Source of the DNA: an uncultured Chitinophagaceae bacterium
Lineage (GTDB): Bacteria; Bacteroidota; Bacteroidia; Chitinophagales; Chitinophagaceae
Direction: 5' to 3'
DNA: 64,000 nt
Assembly: GCA_963720405.1 (NCBI GenBank)
Contig: CAVRFP010000011.1
Coordinates: forward strand, 20,139-84,138
The translations under genes were made by a program, and so were the position numbers. A model generated the notes under the pieces. It was not told the origin of the DNA. It did no database searches and saw nothing but the letters and a program-made list of their open reading frames with translations. This document shows, piece after piece, positions 62,001-64,000 of the stretch (the stretch's first letter is position 1; every line of letters starts with the position of its first letter).

Positions 62001-62634
62001 AATCGGTATCTATATGAGTGGCCATCCGCTGGATAATTTTAAATTCCAGATCAGGCATTATGGACTTACCCCGGTTGCAGAATTTAACGAATTCAAAGAC
62101 GCGGTAAATCTTCATCCCAACCCGGGCCGGCAATTTAGAATCGCCGGTTTGGTAACCGAAGCTCAACATCGCATCTCAAAAAATGGTAATAAATATGGAG
62201 TATTTTTTATTGAAGATTATACGTCGAAAATGGAGTTGATGCTGTGGAGCGAAGACTATGTAAGATTGAACAATTTCCTGGAGCCGGGAATGGTAATTTG
62301 TCTTTCCGGATCGTTTGTTCAGCGGTTCAAAACATCTCCATTTGAATTTAAGGTAAACGGCGTAACTCTCTTGGAATCATTAATGAAATCAAGCACAAAA
62401 AAGTTGCAGATCGAGCTAAATCCAAAAGAAGTGACAAGCGATTTTATAGATTTTCTCGAAAAAAATGTGCGCCGGTTTCCCGGAAATGCTACTTTGAAAT
62501 TTTGCATAAACGATGCGGCATCAAGATTAAAATTTGGGATGTATACACTTGAAAACGGATTTGAAATGAATGACGAAATGGCCGGTTATCTGCAACAAAA
62601 ACCCGAATTGGAGGTGCAGGTAGAATTCACATGA
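59030..62634 (+). CDS. dnaE: DNA polymerase III alpha subunit, shown as 3 ORFs because of two 1-nt insertions
   Basis: HLHVHTQFSLLDG PHP domain, GPGRGSAAGS, PDIDTDF, YQEQVM, FNKSH and OB fold; breaks at ~60972 and ~61307. Confidence 0.96.
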
Positions 62635-62732
62635 TGTGGATATGCCAATTCAACATTTAAAATTATTGGTTGTAATTTTGCAGACCATATATCACTTAAA
62701 ATAATTTTACAAAACATATAAAAAATTTAATT

Positions 62733-63050
62733 ATGGCCCAGGAATATACCGACGCGAATTTTAAAGAGAAAGTACTTGATTCAGAAAAATTAACCATGAT
62801 AGACTTTTGGGCAGAATGGTGTGGCCCATGCCGTGCTATTGGCCCTGTAGTTGAAGAGCTTGCAAAAGAATACGATGGAAAAGTAAACGTTGGAAAAGTA
62901 AATGTGGATCAAAATCCGCAGTTAAGTATCAATTATGGAATTACCAGCATTCCCGCAATTTTGTTTGTGAAAGATGGTAAGGTGGTAGATAAATTAGTAG
63001 GATCACAACCAAAAGGAAACTTTGTAAAAAAGATTGAGGCGCACAAATAA
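62733..63050 (+). CDS. trxA: Thioredoxin
   Basis: DFWAEWCGPC active site; 105 aa. Confidence 0.97.
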   Translation: MAQEYTDANFKEKVLDSEKLTMIDFWAEWCGPCRAIGPVVEELAKEYDGKVNVGKVNVDQNPQLSINYGITSIPAILFVKDGKVVDKLVGSQPKGNFVKKIEAHK

Positions 63051-63076
63051 AGTTAACTTTTAATAAAAAGTTTGAG

Positions 63077-63107
63077 GCCAATCCGTTTTTTCGGATTGGC
63101 TTTTTTT
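63077..63107 (+). terminator. Rho-independent terminator
   Basis: GCCAATCCG-tttttt-CGGATTGGC followed by T7. Confidence 0.9.
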
Positions 63108-63190
63108 GTAAAATTCCGGTTCCTGAGAATGGCGATTTTCTACATTTTGGCTTATATCATCTGTATAAAATCCGTTTCACGTCGTAGCGG

Positions 63191-64000
63191 TTATGATCTC
63201 TTTCTGTAACTGACAACTGCCCATCCATTCAAAAAGACTGCAAAACCAAACACTATCAGCAATTGGTTTTTTATATCTGAAAAACCGCTTCCCTTTAAAA
63301 CTACCATCCGCATTACTTCAATAAAATAAGACACCGGGTTCACTTTGGTAATCCACTGCGCCCAATGCGGCATACTGTCTATTGATGTATATAGTCCGCC
63401 CAGCAAAATAAAGATCATCATCAGGAAAAATGAAATAAGCATGGCCTGTTGTTGCGTGGCGCAATAGGTGGAAATAAGAAGTCCCAAACCCAATATGGCC
63501 AATAAATACACGGCGGCAAAACCGAAAATAACCCAAAGACTTCCCAAAGAAACAATTCCGTAAAAAACCCGGGAAATGCCGAGCCCGATTGCCAGCACCA
63601 CCATGCCGAGCAGCCAAAAAGGAATTAATTTCCCCAGGATAAACTGGTACTTTTTTATAGGCGTAACATTGATCTGCTCGATAGTGCCCACTTCTTTTTC
63701 TTTCACAATATTGGATGACGTAAGAAAAGTGCCCACAAGAGTTACCAATAAAACCAAAATGCCCGGCACCATAAAATATTTATAATCCTGCAACGGATTA
63801 AACCGGTTGGACGAAGCCACTTCAATATGTAGCTCCGGGCTAAAGCGCGGAATTTGTATCCATTCCGTGCGAACTTCATTATTGAAATCCTGGATGATAG
63901 AACCAAGATAAGCCGCTCCAAGGCTGGCTTTCACGCCATTGATGGCATTTACTGCAATGAATAAGGAAGCTTTATTTTCTTTGACGAGTTTTTTTTCAAA
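63191..64000 (-). CDS. ABC-2 type transporter permease, 3' part; start outside the window
   Basis: FMVPGIL, IVKEKEVGTIEQINVTP and NPVSYFIEVMR motifs. Confidence 0.92.
   Translation of the reverse strand, partial: FEKKLVKENKASLFIAVNAINGVKASLGAAYLGSIIQDFNNEVRTEWIQIPRFSPELHIEVASSNRFNPLQDYKYFMVPGILVLLVTLVGTFLTSSNIVKEKEVGTIEQINVTPIKKYQFILGKLIPFWLLGMVVLAIGLGISRVFYGIVSLGSLWVIFGFAAVYLLAILGLGLLISTYCATQQQAMLISFFLMMIFILLGGLYTSIDSMPHWAQWITKVNPVSYFIEVMRMVVLKGSGFSDIKNQLLIVFGFAVFLNGWAVVSYRKRS

Noticed and set aside
59030-62634. Split-intein or programmed-frameshift dnaE
   Set aside because: No intein motifs or extra sequence; the breaks are simple 1-nt insertions at non-slippery sites.
1-64000. tRNA, rRNA or riboswitch genes
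   Set aside because: None recognised by eye; a tRNAscan/Rfam search would be needed to exclude them.

Overview
AT-rich bacterial DNA, very probably Bacteroidota (Chitinophagaceae-like). This is inferred from the SusC/SusD pair, FecR/ECF sigma, T9SS type-B sorting domain and DUF3667/DUF6249 genes. About 1-58.9 kb is a plastic accessory region of unrelated genes, gene stubs and dense non-coding repeats; housekeeping genes (dnaE, trxA, ABC permease) start at 59 kb. Main contents: two inverted copies of one IS3-family element, both next to the same REP palindrome; two RAYT transposase remnants and at least six REP/REPIN-like families; a composite intergenic repeat reiterated in the first 12.4 kb; decayed attC-like cassette ends; an alternating 104/95-bp tandem array; an ECF-FecR-SusC-SusD unit without glycosidases; a cyanophycin (cphA-cphB) plus stress-gene islet with a shared sigma54-like motif; back-to-back ECF promoters; and an unusual Phi-1/EXORDIUM-like protein. 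I found no rRNA, tRNA, CRISPR array, reverse transcriptase or integrase. Single-base frameshifts in essential dnaE suggest indel errors in the assembly, so frameshift-based pseudogene calls are provisional. The best candidates for something undescribed are the repeat/cassette architecture with the REP-associated IS, the sigma54-linked cyanophycin islet and the 552-aa protein. None is proven from sequence alone, and all family assignments are by eye without database searches.
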